In this document: piece after piece, positions 19,519-30,997 of the stretch
How the letters are laid out: the number at the start of each line of letters is the position of its first letter
Position numbering within the stretch: the first letter of the stretch is position 1
Source: an uncultured Gemmatimonadales bacterium
GTDB lineage: Bacteria > Gemmatimonadota > Gemmatimonadetes > Longimicrobiales > Longimicrobiaceae
DNA length: 64,000 nt
Assembly (NCBI GenBank): GCA_963716255.1
Contig: OY970303.1
Coordinates: forward strand, 4,352,001-4,416,000
Reading direction: 5' to 3'
Notes under the pieces: model-generated
What the model saw: the letters and a program-made list of their open reading frames with translations, nothing else
Told to the model about the DNA's origin: nothing
The model's database searches: none
Position numbers and translations under genes: made by a program

Positions 19519-20304
19519 GTGCGTCCGCTGATCGTCGTCACCACCACCATGGGTCCCGGGGGGGACCACGACCTCCCCCAGGTCCGCCTGTACGCCCAGT
19601 ACATCGCCGCCGTGGAGGCGCACGGAGCGGTCGCACTGCTCCTCACCCCCGGCCACTCCCCGGACTCCGCCCGGCAGCTGCTGGGGATGGCCCACGCCCT
19701 GGTGCTCACCGGGGGCGAGGACGTGGACCCCGCCCGCTACGGCCAGGAGCCCCACCCGGAGCTGGGCGCCGTCAACCCCCCGCGCGACGAGACCGAGTTC
19801 GCCGCGCTGGAGGCGGCGCTCGAGCGCCGCATGCCGGTGCTGGCCATCTGCCGGGGGTGCCAGGTGCTCAACGTGGGGATGGGGGGAACCCTATTCCAGG
19901 ACCTCCCCTCGCAGCGCCCCGGCCGCGTCCACCACGAGCAGACCGCCGCCTGGAACCACCGCTCCCACCACGCGACGGTGCAGGGCGACTCCGGCCTGCG
20001 CCGCATCTTCGGGGTGGACGAGCTGTTCATCAACTCCTTCCACCACCAGGCCGTGGACGCCCTGGCGCCCGGCCTGGCCGCCACCGTCGTCGCCGAGGAC
20101 GGCGTGGTCGAGGGCATCGAGGCCTCCGGCTTCCCCTGGGTGTACGGCGTGCAGTGGCACCCCGAGCGCGGCGAGGCCCACGCCGCCCACGACCAGCGCG
20201 ACCCCGACCGCCGCCTCTTCTGGGCGCTGGTGCAGGCCGCGCGCGAGTTCGGCGAGACCACGGGCGAGCGCGCGGAGCGCGGCGAGGCCGTCGCGAGCGG
20301 CTGA
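19519..20304 (+). CDS. Gamma-glutamyl-gamma-aminobutyrate hydrolase family (peptidase C26, PuuD-like)
   Basis: LTGGEDVDP, AICRGCQ, NSFHHQAV, GVQWHPE; GTG after GGAGG. Confidence 0.9.
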   Translation: MRPLIVVTTTMGPGGDHDLPQVRLYAQYIAAVEAHGAVALLLTPGHSPDSARQLLGMAHALVLTGGEDVDPARYGQEPHPELGAVNPPRDETEFAALEAALERRMPVLAICRGCQVLNVGMGGTLFQDLPSQRPGRVHHEQTAAWNHRSHHATVQGDSGLRRIFGVDELFINSFHHQAVDALAPGLAATVVAEDGVVEGIEASGFPWVYGVQWHPERGEAHAAHDQRDPDRRLFWALVQAAREFGETTGERAERGEAVASG

Positions 20305-20330
20305 CGACGCCGGTACGCAGCACGGAAAAC

Positions 20331-20362
20331 GCGCCCCCGCCGGGATCTTCCGGCGGGGGCGC
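20331..20362. terminator. GC hairpin between convergent genes (hairpin family D)
   Basis: gcgcccccgccgg gatctt ccggcgggggcgc; similar hairpins at 23595-23626 and 58743-58782. Confidence 0.65.
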
Positions 20363-20393
20363 TGCCCATGGGTCGATGGAGTGACGCCCGAGT

Positions 20394-21155
20394 CTACTCG
20401 TGTCGAGGCCGTCCGTCCGCCGTCTCCTCCGGCAATGGCCGTCGAGCGAGGATGCGGTCCTTGTGCAGGCGGAGTGTTTCCATCAGCTGGGTGCGCGAGC
20501 GGACGCCCACCTTGTCGTGGATGTGCTGCACGTGGTGCCGGACCGTGTGGACGCTGACGCTCAACGAAAGGGCGATCTCGCGGTTGGTCCTGCCCCGCAT
20601 GACCAGGCGCGCGATCCGGATCTCCGCCGGAGTCAGCCCCTGCTGCTCCAGGTCCCGGTCCGTGAGGGGATCCTGTGAATCGAGCAGGATGAGGGTGGCC
20701 GGGCTGCGGCCATGCCGCGGGACGCCCAGGTCCACCGCCCGCAGGTGCACCTCGGTCCCGTCCAGCGTCACGTGCCGCTCCGTCTGGGGAACGAGCTCCG
20801 TCTTTTCCCGCCCGGCCTCCTCCTCGATCTGGAGGTGCAGGCCCACGCACAGGAAGCGGATCTCCTCCCTGATGCTCTTCCGGGTCTCACCCGCGTCCAG
20901 CCGCTTTCGTGCATTCAGGTTCGCGTGGAGGATCGCCCCCCCGGGGCTGCACAGGACCAGCTCCGCGGGGAAAACGTCCATCACCCTCGCCAGGGCGGTG
21001 GTCAGCGTGTGAAGGCTGATCTCCGCTCCGGGCCGTGCGGGGCCCCGGACGACGCCGTCTGCCGCGGGCGATGCGAGGACGTTCCGATCTTCACCCGCGC
21101 CCGCTTCGTGATCCGTTTCCAAGGCTGTCGGTCTCTGGCCAGAGTGCCGGCTCAT
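20394..21155 (-). CDS. LuxR-family HTH transcriptional regulator (PAS-like N-terminus)
   Basis: LTPAEIRIARLVMRGRTNREIALSLSVSVHTVRHHVQHIHDKVGVRSRTQL; start uncertain. Confidence 0.85.
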   Translation of the reverse strand: MSRHSGQRPTALETDHEAGAGEDRNVLASPAADGVVRGPARPGAEISLHTLTTALARVMDVFPAELVLCSPGGAILHANLNARKRLDAGETRKSIREEIRFLCVGLHLQIEEEAGREKTELVPQTERHVTLDGTEVHLRAVDLGVPRHGRSPATLILLDSQDPLTDRDLEQQGLTPAEIRIARLVMRGRTNREIALSLSVSVHTVRHHVQHIHDKVGVRSRTQLMETLRLHKDRILARRPLPEETADGRPRHE

Positions 21156-21261
21156 CCCGCGCGCAACGCGGATTCCTCGCACGCCGTGGCGCCGGCGATC
21201 CTACCACCCGTCCCCCCCCACGCAGTCGTTTCCCGCCATGACCATCCCATGGGCATTCGTG

Positions 21262-21277
21262 GCCCATAAAAATGGGC
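21262..21277. promoter_or_regulatory. Palindromic candidate operator between divergent luxR-like gene and surface lipoprotein
   Basis: GCCCAT-AAAA-ATGGGC. Confidence 0.4.
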
Positions 21278-21424
21278 GGTTCCGGTCGATGTACCCGGAC
21301 GGCTCGCGGAGTACCGTGTCCTCTGCGGACCGGCGCCCGCCGGGACTCCGCAGCCTTCCTCCAGTGCAGGCAGTACGCTGCCGCCCGGTGAAGCGCCATC
21401 TCGTTCCATCCTCCGGAGGGATCC

Positions 21425-23227
21425 ATGAACCGATTGCACGTCCTCGCTGCCGCGGGGCTCGTCGCCCTCGCCGGGTGCACGGACGACCCCACGTCGCCGT
21501 CCGTAGCGCCCCCCGAAAACACCAGGCCGGGATTCTCGATCGCCGTCACCCCGTTCGTTACCGCCGACGCCCTGGCGCAGACGCTGGGGGGACCGGGGGT
21601 GACGATCCAGAACGTGACGTACTCGGGTTCCACCACGGCCGCCGCAACGTACACGGGAGGTGAGACCAACGTCGGCTTCAGTGGGATCGTCCTGGCAACC
21701 GGAAGCGCGTCGGACGCGACGGGGCCGAACGACAGCGGCTTCACCACCACTGCCCTCGGCACCCCGGGCGATGCGGACGTGCAGGCCGTCGCCGGGGCTA
21801 CCACATTCGACGCGGCCGTCCTGAGCTTCGAGATCGTTCCCGCCAGTGGCGACAGCGCATACTTCGAGTACGTGTTCGCCTCGGAAGAATATCCGATATT
21901 CGTAGGCTCGGGTTTCACAGACGGCTTCGTCCTCCTGGTCAACGGCCAGAACTGCGCAGTGGTCGGGGACCCGCCGGTTCCCATCACCATCAACACCATC
22001 AACTCCGGGTCGAATTCCTCCCTGTACCGGGACAACACCGGGGCGACGATCGACATCCAGGCCAACGCCCTGACCACCGTGCTTACCTGCAGGGCGGCGG
22101 TCAACCCGGGCGTGCCCAACACCGTGAAGCTCGCGATCGCCGACGGCGGTGACCCGTCCTTCGACTCGTGGGTCTTCATCAAGGCGGGGAGCTTCAGCAC
22201 CACGCCCCCGGGGGAGGAGCCGGCAAACACCGACCCGGTGCTGGCCCCGATCGCCAACCAGGCAGTCAACGAGGGCTCCACGGTGGGCTTCACCGCTTCC
22301 GCGACGGATGCCGACGCGGGCCAGACGATCACCTACTCGCTGATCGGCGCGCCGGCGGGCGCGAGCATCGACCCCGCCACGGGCGCGTTCTCGTGGACGC
22401 CCACGGACGACAATCCCACCGCCACCCCGAGCGACGCCTACACCTTCACCGTGCGGGCGACCGACGACGGAGATCCGGCGGCGTTCGACGAGCAGTCCGT
22501 CACCGTCACCGTGAGCAACGTGGCGCCCACCGTCACCTCGGTCACCGGCCCCGCGGGCCCGATCGGGATGTCCGGCGGCAGCGCGGCGGCCAACATCACG
22601 GTCACGTTCACCGATCCGGGCTCCGGCGACACGCACACCACGTCCATCGCGTGCGGCAACTCGACCAGCGCCAGCGGGGGTACCTGCACGTACACGGCGG
22701 CCGGGGTCTACACCGTCACGGCCACCGTCACGGACGACGACGGCGGGTCCGGCTCCGGGACGTACCAGTACGTCGTGGTCTACGATCCCGGCGCGGGCTT
22801 CGTCACCGGCGGCGGCTGGATCACCTCGCCCACCGGCGCGTACGCGGCCAACCCCGCCCTGACCGGGCGCGCCAACTTCGGCTTCAACAGCAAGTACAAG
22901 AAGGGCGCGCAGGTGCCCGACGGACAGACGCAGTTCAGCTTCCAGGCGGCCGGGTTCAACTTCCACAGCACCGTCTACGAGTGGCTGGTCGTCGCCGGCG
23001 CCAGGGCCCAGTACAAGGGCACCGGGACCATCAACGGCAGCGGCAGCTACTCCTTCATGCTCACCGTGATCGACGGGCAGAGGCCCGGTGGCGGCGGGGT
23101 GGACCGGTTTCGCCTGAAGGTCTGGGGGGCCGGTGGAGTGGTCTACGACAACCAGATGGGTGACGGGGACGACGCGCAGGCCTCGACCGCGCTCGGCGGC
23201 GGCAGCATCGTGATCCACTCCAACTGA
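21425..23227 (+). CDS. Surface lipoprotein with choice-of-anchor L-like domain, putative Ig/cadherin and PKD domains
   Basis: Lipobox LAGC; FEYVFASEEY, LAIADGGD..FDSWVFI; GASIDPATGAFSWTP; YTAAGVYTVTATVTDDDGG; FVTGGGWI. Confidence 0.82.
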   Translation: MNRLHVLAAAGLVALAGCTDDPTSPSVAPPENTRPGFSIAVTPFVTADALAQTLGGPGVTIQNVTYSGSTTAAATYTGGETNVGFSGIVLATGSASDATGPNDSGFTTTALGTPGDADVQAVAGATTFDAAVLSFEIVPASGDSAYFEYVFASEEYPIFVGSGFTDGFVLLVNGQNCAVVGDPPVPITINTINSGSNSSLYRDNTGATIDIQANALTTVLTCRAAVNPGVPNTVKLAIADGGDPSFDSWVFIKAGSFSTTPPGEEPANTDPVLAPIANQAVNEGSTVGFTASATDADAGQTITYSLIGAPAGASIDPATGAFSWTPTDDNPTATPSDAYTFTVRATDDGDPAAFDEQSVTVTVSNVAPTVTSVTGPAGPIGMSGGSAAANITVTFTDPGSGDTHTTSIACGNSTSASGGTCTYTAAGVYTVTATVTDDDGGSGSGTYQYVVVYDPGAGFVTGGGWITSPTGAYAANPALTGRANFGFNSKYKKGAQVPDGQTQFSFQAAGFNFHSTVYEWLVVAGARAQYKGTGTINGSGSYSFMLTVIDGQRPGGGGVDRFRLKVWGAGGVVYDNQMGDGDDAQASTALGGGSIVIHSN

Positions 23228-23246
23228 ACCGCTCCAGCCCCACTTC

Positions 23247-23280
23247 AGCGGCGGGCCGGCCACCACGGCGGCCCGCCGCT
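23247..23280. terminator. Hairpin after lipoprotein gene
   Basis: agcggcgggccg ... cggcccgccgct, 12-bp stem. Confidence 0.6.
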
Positions 23281-23475
23281 CGTCGGCTCTTCCGTAATGG
23301 CGTTCCAAGGGCGGAGCGCTCGCGGATGGACCGCGAACCGATACATTGGGCAAAAATTGGCTGCATGTAGCGGGCCCGACAACATGTGACAGGATCGACG
23401 GCTCACAACCTTCTGCTACAGCAAAGGTCGTATAGAAAGTAGGAGTACATCTATTTACTCGAAACGAGTGCAATA

Positions 23476-23492
23476 TGCACCAAAATGGGACG
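23476..23492. promoter_or_regulatory. NtrC-type enhancer-like site
   Basis: TGCACCAAAATGGGACG in an AT-rich intergenic patch; resembles sites at 30672 and 35261. Confidence 0.45.
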
Positions 23493-23627
23493 CGTTCTCC
23501 CATTCCCCGCACCAGTGACTGTCGCCTCGCCTGCCGGCCGCGGGGCCGTCGTGGTGGGATAGAATCGGCGGTATCGAGTACGGAGCACGACAAAGTGCCC
23601 CCGCCGGGAGATCCCGGCGGGGGCACA

Positions 23628-23817
23628 GCCCCCCATCCCCCTGGCCCCCTTTCCCCGCAAGCGAGGGAAGGGGGAGCAGGACGGCCCTCACCCGGCTCGC
23701 TTGAGGCTCGTCACCTCTCCCAATTCTGGGAGAGGAGGCAACGGCTGGAATCTGTGTCGTTATTTCCCCTCCCTCGCTTGCGGGGGAGGGGTGGCGCGAA
23801 GCGCCGGGGTGGGGGGC
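23628..23817. repeat. Repeat family C units (three)
   Basis: ccccgcaagcgagggaagggg; ccctcacccggctcgcttgaggctcgtcacctctcccaattctgggagagg; cccctccctcgcttgcgggggaggggtggcgcg. Confidence 0.8.
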
Positions 23818-23839
23818 CAGCGGACGCCAGCTCCAGCCC

Positions 23840-23974
23840 GCGTGAGGGATTTCGGCCCGAAGGGGCGAGACCCCGCGGGCAGTTTCGCGGGGGCTCGACT
23901 CCGTTACGCACGGTTGTTCGTGCGTTACGGAGCCGAAGCCCGACCCCGGCGCCAGCCGGGGGCACGCCCGAACC
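23840..23974 (+). repeat. Repeat family A copy 4
   Basis: Direct sequence match. Confidence 0.95.
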
Positions 23975-23995
23975 TGCCGTCAAAAGCCGTAGAAG

Positions 23996-24211
23996 TCAGT
24001 AGATGACGCTGAACCCGTCGATCTCGTCCAGCGGAAACCTCATCTCCAGCCCCGTGTTGGGATGCACGGCGAGGATCACTTCCGTGGCTCCCTCGATGCG
24101 CAGCTCCCGCGGCTGGATCACGTACTCCGTCCCGCGGCGCGAGAGCTGCACGCGCGCCCCCTCGTCGATGGCCCGCTCCAGGCGGTCCAGGTCCTGCGGC
24201 CTCCAGCGCAT
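23996..24211 (-). CDS. Small hypothetical protein (71 aa, MRWRPQDLDRLERAI...)
   Basis: ATG 2 bp after the upstream stop with GAGG RBS; protein-like composition. Confidence 0.7.
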   Translation of the reverse strand: MRWRPQDLDRLERAIDEGARVQLSRRGTEYVIQPRELRIEGATEVILAVHPNTGLEMRFPLDEIDGFSVIY

Positions 24212-24213
24212 CC

Positions 24214-24855
24214 CTACCTCCCCGTCCCCGCGCCGGCACCCGCCGGCGGCGCGGCCGCGCGCGACATGCCCGGGATCGCCTCCGGGCGCACCGAGATGTA
24301 GAAGTTCTTGACGAACAGCGAGTCGATGCGGATGAACCCGCTGTCCGGGATGTCGCCGAACTTGCCGCCCGCCCGCGGGGTGGGGCGGGGCAGGCGCACC
24401 CCCAGGGAGTCCAGCCGCACCTTGAGCTCCGCGCGCGCGATCTTCTGGATGTAGCCGTCCAGGTTCACCCCCGCGCCCGGGTAGATGGGGATCCGGGTCC
24501 CCTCCGGCGGCGGCGGCTCGAAGCGCACCAGGATCCGCCGTCCCCCGGCGGCGCGCACCCACACCGCGTTCCCCGCCAACCGGCTCTCCGCCACCGCGGT
24601 CAGGCGCACCAGCCGTCCCAGGTCGTCCTCGCTCAGCTCCGACACCGCCTCGAAGGGGGTGGGCGCCACCGGGATCACCGGCGCGCGCGCGGAGCCGAAG
24701 TTGGCGCGCGCGCCCACCTGGTTGGTGCGCGCGGCCTCCGTGGGGTCCCCCGTGAACCAGGTGAAGAGGAGCACGGCGAGCGAGGCGGCGATCAGCCCGC
24801 CCACCAGGAGCCACACGTAGGAGCCGCGGGGGCGTACCAGCCGAATGTCCGGCAT
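24214..24855 (-). CDS. Hypothetical membrane-anchored protein
   Basis: MPDIRLVRPRGSYVWLLVGGLIAASLAVLLFTWF, single N-terminal TM. Confidence 0.7.
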   Translation of the reverse strand: MPDIRLVRPRGSYVWLLVGGLIAASLAVLLFTWFTGDPTEAARTNQVGARANFGSARAPVIPVAPTPFEAVSELSEDDLGRLVRLTAVAESRLAGNAVWVRAAGGRRILVRFEPPPPEGTRIPIYPGAGVNLDGYIQKIARAELKVRLDSLGVRLPRPTPRAGGKFGDIPDSGFIRIDSLFVKNFYISVRPEAIPGMSRAAAPPAGAGAGTGR

Positions 24856-25008
24856 CTGCGTCGGGAGGTGAGGGGAGCGGCGACGTCGGACGCGGCGAAA
24901 AGGCAAGGAACGTTCCCCGGCTTGCCGGGTTCGATCCCGCGCCGTTAAGATACGGGCCGAAACGCCCACATCCCGACCCCTCCACCGCTCGGAACCCGGA
25001 GCCGTCCC

Positions 25009-25779
25009 GTGACCCGTAAACCCGCGCCCCGCGGCCGCTCGTCCCTGGCGCCCTTTTACGCCATCGTCGGCGTCGTCGCGCTCGCCGGCATCGGCTGGCT
25101 CCTGTACCAGTCCATGGGTGGCGGCGGCAAGCCCGTCACCGCTCCCGTGCCGGTGGTCATGGACCAGGCCAAGTTGAACCGCGTGCAGGGCACGTCCATC
25201 GGCCGCGCCGACGCGCCGGTGGTGATCTACGAGTTCGCCGACTTCCAGTGCCCCGGGTGCGGCCAGTTCGCCTCCATGGTGGCGCCGCTCATCAAGGAGC
25301 GCCTGGTGCAGCCCGGCAAGGTGCGCTACGTCTACTACGACTTCCCGCTCATCCAGCTCCACCAGAACGCCTTCCTGGCGGCGCGCGCCGGCCGCTGCGC
25401 CGGCGAGCAGGGCAAGTTCTGGGAGTTCCACGACGTCATCTACGGCCAGCAGCCCAACTGGAGCGCCGAGGCCGACCCGTCCGACCTGTTCGTGGAGTAC
25501 GGCGTCCGCTCCGGCGTGACGGAAGGCCGGTTCGAGGAGTGCCTGCGCTCCGACAGGTACGCCAAGGAAGTGTCGGAGAGCATGGAGCTGGGCAAGTCGC
25601 TGGGCGTGCAGGGCACCCCGACGCTGATCGTGAACGGCCGCCGCCTCGCGGCCACCCCCAACTTCGCCGACCTGGAGAAGATGGTGAACGACGCCATCGC
25701 CGGCGCGCCGGCCGCCGGCGGGGCTCCCGCCGCGCCCGCCGCCTCCGCGACCGCGCCCGCCGACACCGCCGCCCGATGA
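25009..25779 (+). CDS. DsbA-family thioredoxin-fold oxidoreductase
   Basis: N-terminal TM; EFADFQCPGC; GVQGTPT (cis-Pro). Confidence 0.9.
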   Translation: MTRKPAPRGRSSLAPFYAIVGVVALAGIGWLLYQSMGGGGKPVTAPVPVVMDQAKLNRVQGTSIGRADAPVVIYEFADFQCPGCGQFASMVAPLIKERLVQPGKVRYVYYDFPLIQLHQNAFLAARAGRCAGEQGKFWEFHDVIYGQQPNWSAEADPSDLFVEYGVRSGVTEGRFEECLRSDRYAKEVSESMELGKSLGVQGTPTLIVNGRRLAATPNFADLEKMVNDAIAGAPAAGGAPAAPAASATAPADTAAR

Positions 25780-26261
25780 CCCGTCCGGAGGTTCTGGACG
25801 CGCCCGCCGCCGCCGGCCCCGACGACGAGGACGCGGCGCCCCCGGCGACGCGCATGGCCGTGGCTGTGCTGTCGCTGCTGGGGATCTTCATCGCGGGGTA
25901 CCTGGCGCTGTACAAGCTGGGGTACCTGGGCGTGATCCAGTGCGGCAGCGGCGGGTGCGAGACGGTGCAGGCCTCCCGGTACGCGTACTTCCTGGGCTTC
26001 CCCGTGGCGGTGTGGGGGATCGGGGCCTACGCCGCGCTGTTCGTGCTGGCGATGATGGGGGTGCAGCCGCGCTGGGCGCGCGCGCGCTGGGTGGCCGTGG
26101 GGCTGTTCGCGCTCGCCGGGGTGGGGGTGGCGTTCTCCGCCTACCTCACCTACCTGGAGGCGGCGGTGATCCATGCCTGGTGCCGCTGGTGCGTGGGCTC
26201 CGCGGCGCTCATCACGGTCATCTTCCTGCTGACCATTCCCGGGCTCCGGCGCGCCCGCTGA
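25776..26261 (+). CDS. Vitamin K epoxide reductase (VKOR) family protein
   Basis: ATGA overlap with dsbA-like gene; CGSGGCETV, WCRWC, four TM segments. Confidence 0.9.
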   Translation: MTRPEVLDAPAAAGPDDEDAAPPATRMAVAVLSLLGIFIAGYLALYKLGYLGVIQCGSGGCETVQASRYAYFLGFPVAVWGIGAYAALFVLAMMGVQPRWARARWVAVGLFALAGVGVAFSAYLTYLEAAVIHAWCRWCVGSAALITVIFLLTIPGLRRAR

Positions 26262-26309
26262 GGCGGCGCGGCGTCCGTTCCCGATCGTTCGTTCCCGGAG
26301 GACACATCC

Positions 26310-26522
26310 ATGGCGGAACCTTCCAGCAGCACCACCGCGATCCGGCTGGTCTTCGCGGACCAGGGGACCTTCCACTCCGAGACGGTGCACGTGCCGGTGG
26401 ACACGCTGGCGCGCTACGACCGGCTGGTGGACCTGCTGCGCGAGGAGGAGAGCGTCACGCGCCAGATGTACGTGGACATGACCCGGCTGGTGTCGGCGTA
26501 CGTGGTGGGGGACGAGGACTGA
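26310..26522 (+). CDS. Small hypothetical protein (70 aa)
   Basis: GGAGG RBS, ATG, typical codon usage. Confidence 0.72.
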   Translation: MAEPSSSTTAIRLVFADQGTFHSETVHVPVDTLARYDRLVDLLREEESVTRQMYVDMTRLVSAYVVGDED

Positions 26523-26602
26523 TCCTTTCCCGGTTCTGAGGTGTCGAAGGTCCCGCGGCTCTCGGAGTCGCGGGACCTTTTTCTTCCGGTATGGCCGGGT
26601 GT

Positions 26603-26732
26603 GGGGCCGCTCCGGAGCCCGGCGGTACTGCTGCCGGTCTCCTGCGCGGGTCGCGGAGCCCCGGGAAACTGCCCCCGGGTCTCCGCTCCGGCTACGGGAG
26701 CCAGCCGAAACTGCCCGGCTGTCTCCCTCCGC
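26603..26732 (+). repeat. Repeat family B copy 3
   Basis: ggggccgctccggagcc...gtctcctgcgcgggtcgcggagcc...gtctccgctccggctacgggagcc...gtctccctccgc. Confidence 0.9.
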
Positions 26733-26778
26733 AACGGATTCGGGGGGTACTACGGGAACTGAGAACAACAACGGCAGT

Positions 26779-26822
26779 TCTCCCCTCCCTCGCTTGCGGG
26801 GGAGGGGTCGGGGGTGGGGGGG
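26779..26822. repeat. Repeat family C unit
   Basis: tctcccctccctcgcttgcgggggaggggtcgggggtggggg, same as 14403. Confidence 0.8.
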
Positions 26823-26826
26823 CGCC

Positions 26827-27615
26827 CTACTGCCGCGCGGGGGGCGGGGGCGGAGCGGGCTGCTGCTGCGGAGCGCCTGCCTGCGGAGCACCGGCGGGCG
26901 GCTGGGCGCCGCGGCCGGCGAGGACGTCCTCGATGTTGGTGCGGAACTCCTCGAAGGGCGCGGCGCCGCTCACCACCCGCTGGCCGTTGATGATGAAGGT
27001 GGGCGTCCCGCTGATCCCGGCGGAGGAGGCCTGCATCACGTCGTTGACGATCATGGAGGCCATCTGGTCCTGCTCCACGCAGGTGCGGTACGCCGCCGCG
27101 TCCAGGCGCAGCTCCGTCGCGTAGCCGGCGAAGCGGGCCGCGGGGTTGCCCTTGCCGCTCCAATCGCGCTGCGTGGCGAACAGGCGGTCGTGCATGGGCC
27201 AGAACTGGCCCTGCGCGCCGGCGCAGTAGGCCGCCTCCGTGGCGGCCCACGACTCCGCGTGCTGCGGGATGGGGTAGGCGATGAACACCATCCTGGCCTT
27301 GCCGGGGCGGATGTAGGCGCTGTCCAGCTGCCGGTACGCCTGCTCCGTGAACTGCCGGCAGAAAGGGCACTGGAAGTCGGACACCTCCACGATGGTCACC
27401 TGCGCCTGCTCCGATCCCTTGACCCGCGCGCGGGAAGCGCGGGCCTGGAGCGAGTCGAGGCTCACGGCGCCCGCCGCGGCGGCGCCGTCCTGCGCCGGCT
27501 TCGCGGGCGTCTGCGCGCACGCGGGCGTGGCGAGGAGCACAAGGAAGAAGGCGCCGGCCGGAAGGCGGTGGAGTGCGGCCCGCCGGAGGGCGGAGCGGAG
27601 GCGGTCAGGGGTCAC
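26827..27615 (-). CDS. Second DsbA-family oxidoreductase
   Basis: EVSDFQCPFC, GISGTPTF; GTG start overlaps upstream stop (GTGA). Confidence 0.88.
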   Translation of the reverse strand: MTPDRLRSALRRAALHRLPAGAFFLVLLATPACAQTPAKPAQDGAAAAGAVSLDSLQARASRARVKGSEQAQVTIVEVSDFQCPFCRQFTEQAYRQLDSAYIRPGKARMVFIAYPIPQHAESWAATEAAYCAGAQGQFWPMHDRLFATQRDWSGKGNPAARFAGYATELRLDAAAYRTCVEQDQMASMIVNDVMQASSAGISGTPTFIINGQRVVSGAAPFEEFRTNIEDVLAGRGAQPPAGAPQAGAPQQQPAPPPPPARQ

Positions 27616-28190
27616 GGGGTCTCCCGCTGGGTGTGGTCGGGTGGGGCGCCGCCGGGGGCGCCGGTGTGGTGCGCGCGTGCGCGGGCCAGGTCCCACGCGC
27701 GCACGTGCGGGGGCGGCCAGTCCCCGGCGCGCGCGGCGGCCGCCAGGGACTTGGCTTCGGCGCGGGCGCGGGCCTCCGTGGCGGCGTCCATCCAGCCGCG
27801 GCGCACGGCCTCCTCGAACTCGTCCTGGTCCAGCACCTCCACGGCCCCGTCCGCGCCCATCCACACGTCCAGCGCCAGGTCCGTGGTGTCCCAGCGCTCC
27901 CCGTCCATCGCCACCGGGGTGAGGACGTTGGCGTAGAAGCCGGTGAAGGTGCCGTCGGCCAGGTGGAAGCGTCCCACGTCGTGCCAGGCGTCGCCGCGGT
28001 AGGTGAACCACACCACCGGCGCCCCCGGCTCCAGCACCACGCGCCCGCCGGCCACCACGGGGCGGGGGAGGCGCGCCGCCTCCAGGAAGGTGACCACGTG
28101 GCCGCCCGCGTCCTCCAGCACCGCCTGCTCGAACACCTGCTCCCGGTCCGGGAGGCGCCGGTAGTGGATGCGGACGGACCCCGTCGCCAT
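27612..28190 (-). CDS. DUF402 domain protein
   Basis: GFYANVLTP, TDLALDVW, VLDQDEF, WPP. Confidence 0.78.
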   Translation of the reverse strand: MATGSVRIHYRRLPDREQVFEQAVLEDAGGHVVTFLEAARLPRPVVAGGRVVLEPGAPVVWFTYRGDAWHDVGRFHLADGTFTGFYANVLTPVAMDGERWDTTDLALDVWMGADGAVEVLDQDEFEEAVRRGWMDAATEARARAEAKSLAAAARAGDWPPPHVRAWDLARARAHHTGAPGGAPPDHTQRETP

Positions 28191-28194
28191 ACGC

Positions 28195-30471
<2,277 letters not shown>

Positions 30472-30671
30472 TGGGTTCCTTCCCGGAAGCGGTCCGTGGC
30501 GACGGGCCAAAGCCTAGCTCGGGGGCGTGCCGGGGTCAAGCGCGTGCGGCCGCTCCCGGCTGGTGCTTCCTTCCACGGGTCCGCGTCGGATGGATGCCGA
30601 CCGCAGCGGCTGGAGCGCGCCGGTCGGCGGTCTGGGAAACAGAGCCGTCCGCGCGCGATCTGCTGGTGTCC

Positions 30672-30718
30672 TGCACCATAATGGTGCGCATTGGGGCAGT
30701 CCGCACTAAAAAGAGACA
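30672..30718 (+). promoter_or_regulatory. Paired NtrC-type enhancer sites
   Basis: TGCACCATAATGGTGCG (30672) and weaker CGCACTAAAAAGAGACA (30702), 30 bp apart. Confidence 0.7.
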
Positions 30719-30783
30719 GCCCGACACAGCGCGTTTTTCTCGCAACAATATGTGATGAAGACGGTTACATCAGCAGCCTCCCT

Positions 30784-30799
30784 TGGCTCCCGATGTGCT
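30784..30799 (+). promoter_or_regulatory. Sigma-54 (-24/-12) promoter upstream of subtilase 1
   Basis: TGGCTCC-CGAT-GTGCT, GG-N10-GC. Confidence 0.6.
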
Positions 30800-30997
30800 C
30801 CCACCGGCCCCGCTCATCATCCTGGCGAAGGCCCCGTTACCCGTTGAAAACGGGATTGTTGATTTACGGGAACAGAGCAGATAATATCAGACAAATCAGA
30901 AGGGTTGCTTGCTGTGGATGTCCGGTGTGGCACTGCTGAGGAGCGACCGCGCCCGGCCGGGACGGTCATGATTCACCCGAAGCTCTAAGGGGGCACC

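Noticed and set aside
25009..27615. DsbA-VKOR-DsbA cluster as novel
   Set aside because: VKOR replacing DsbB next to DsbA is a well-known arrangement
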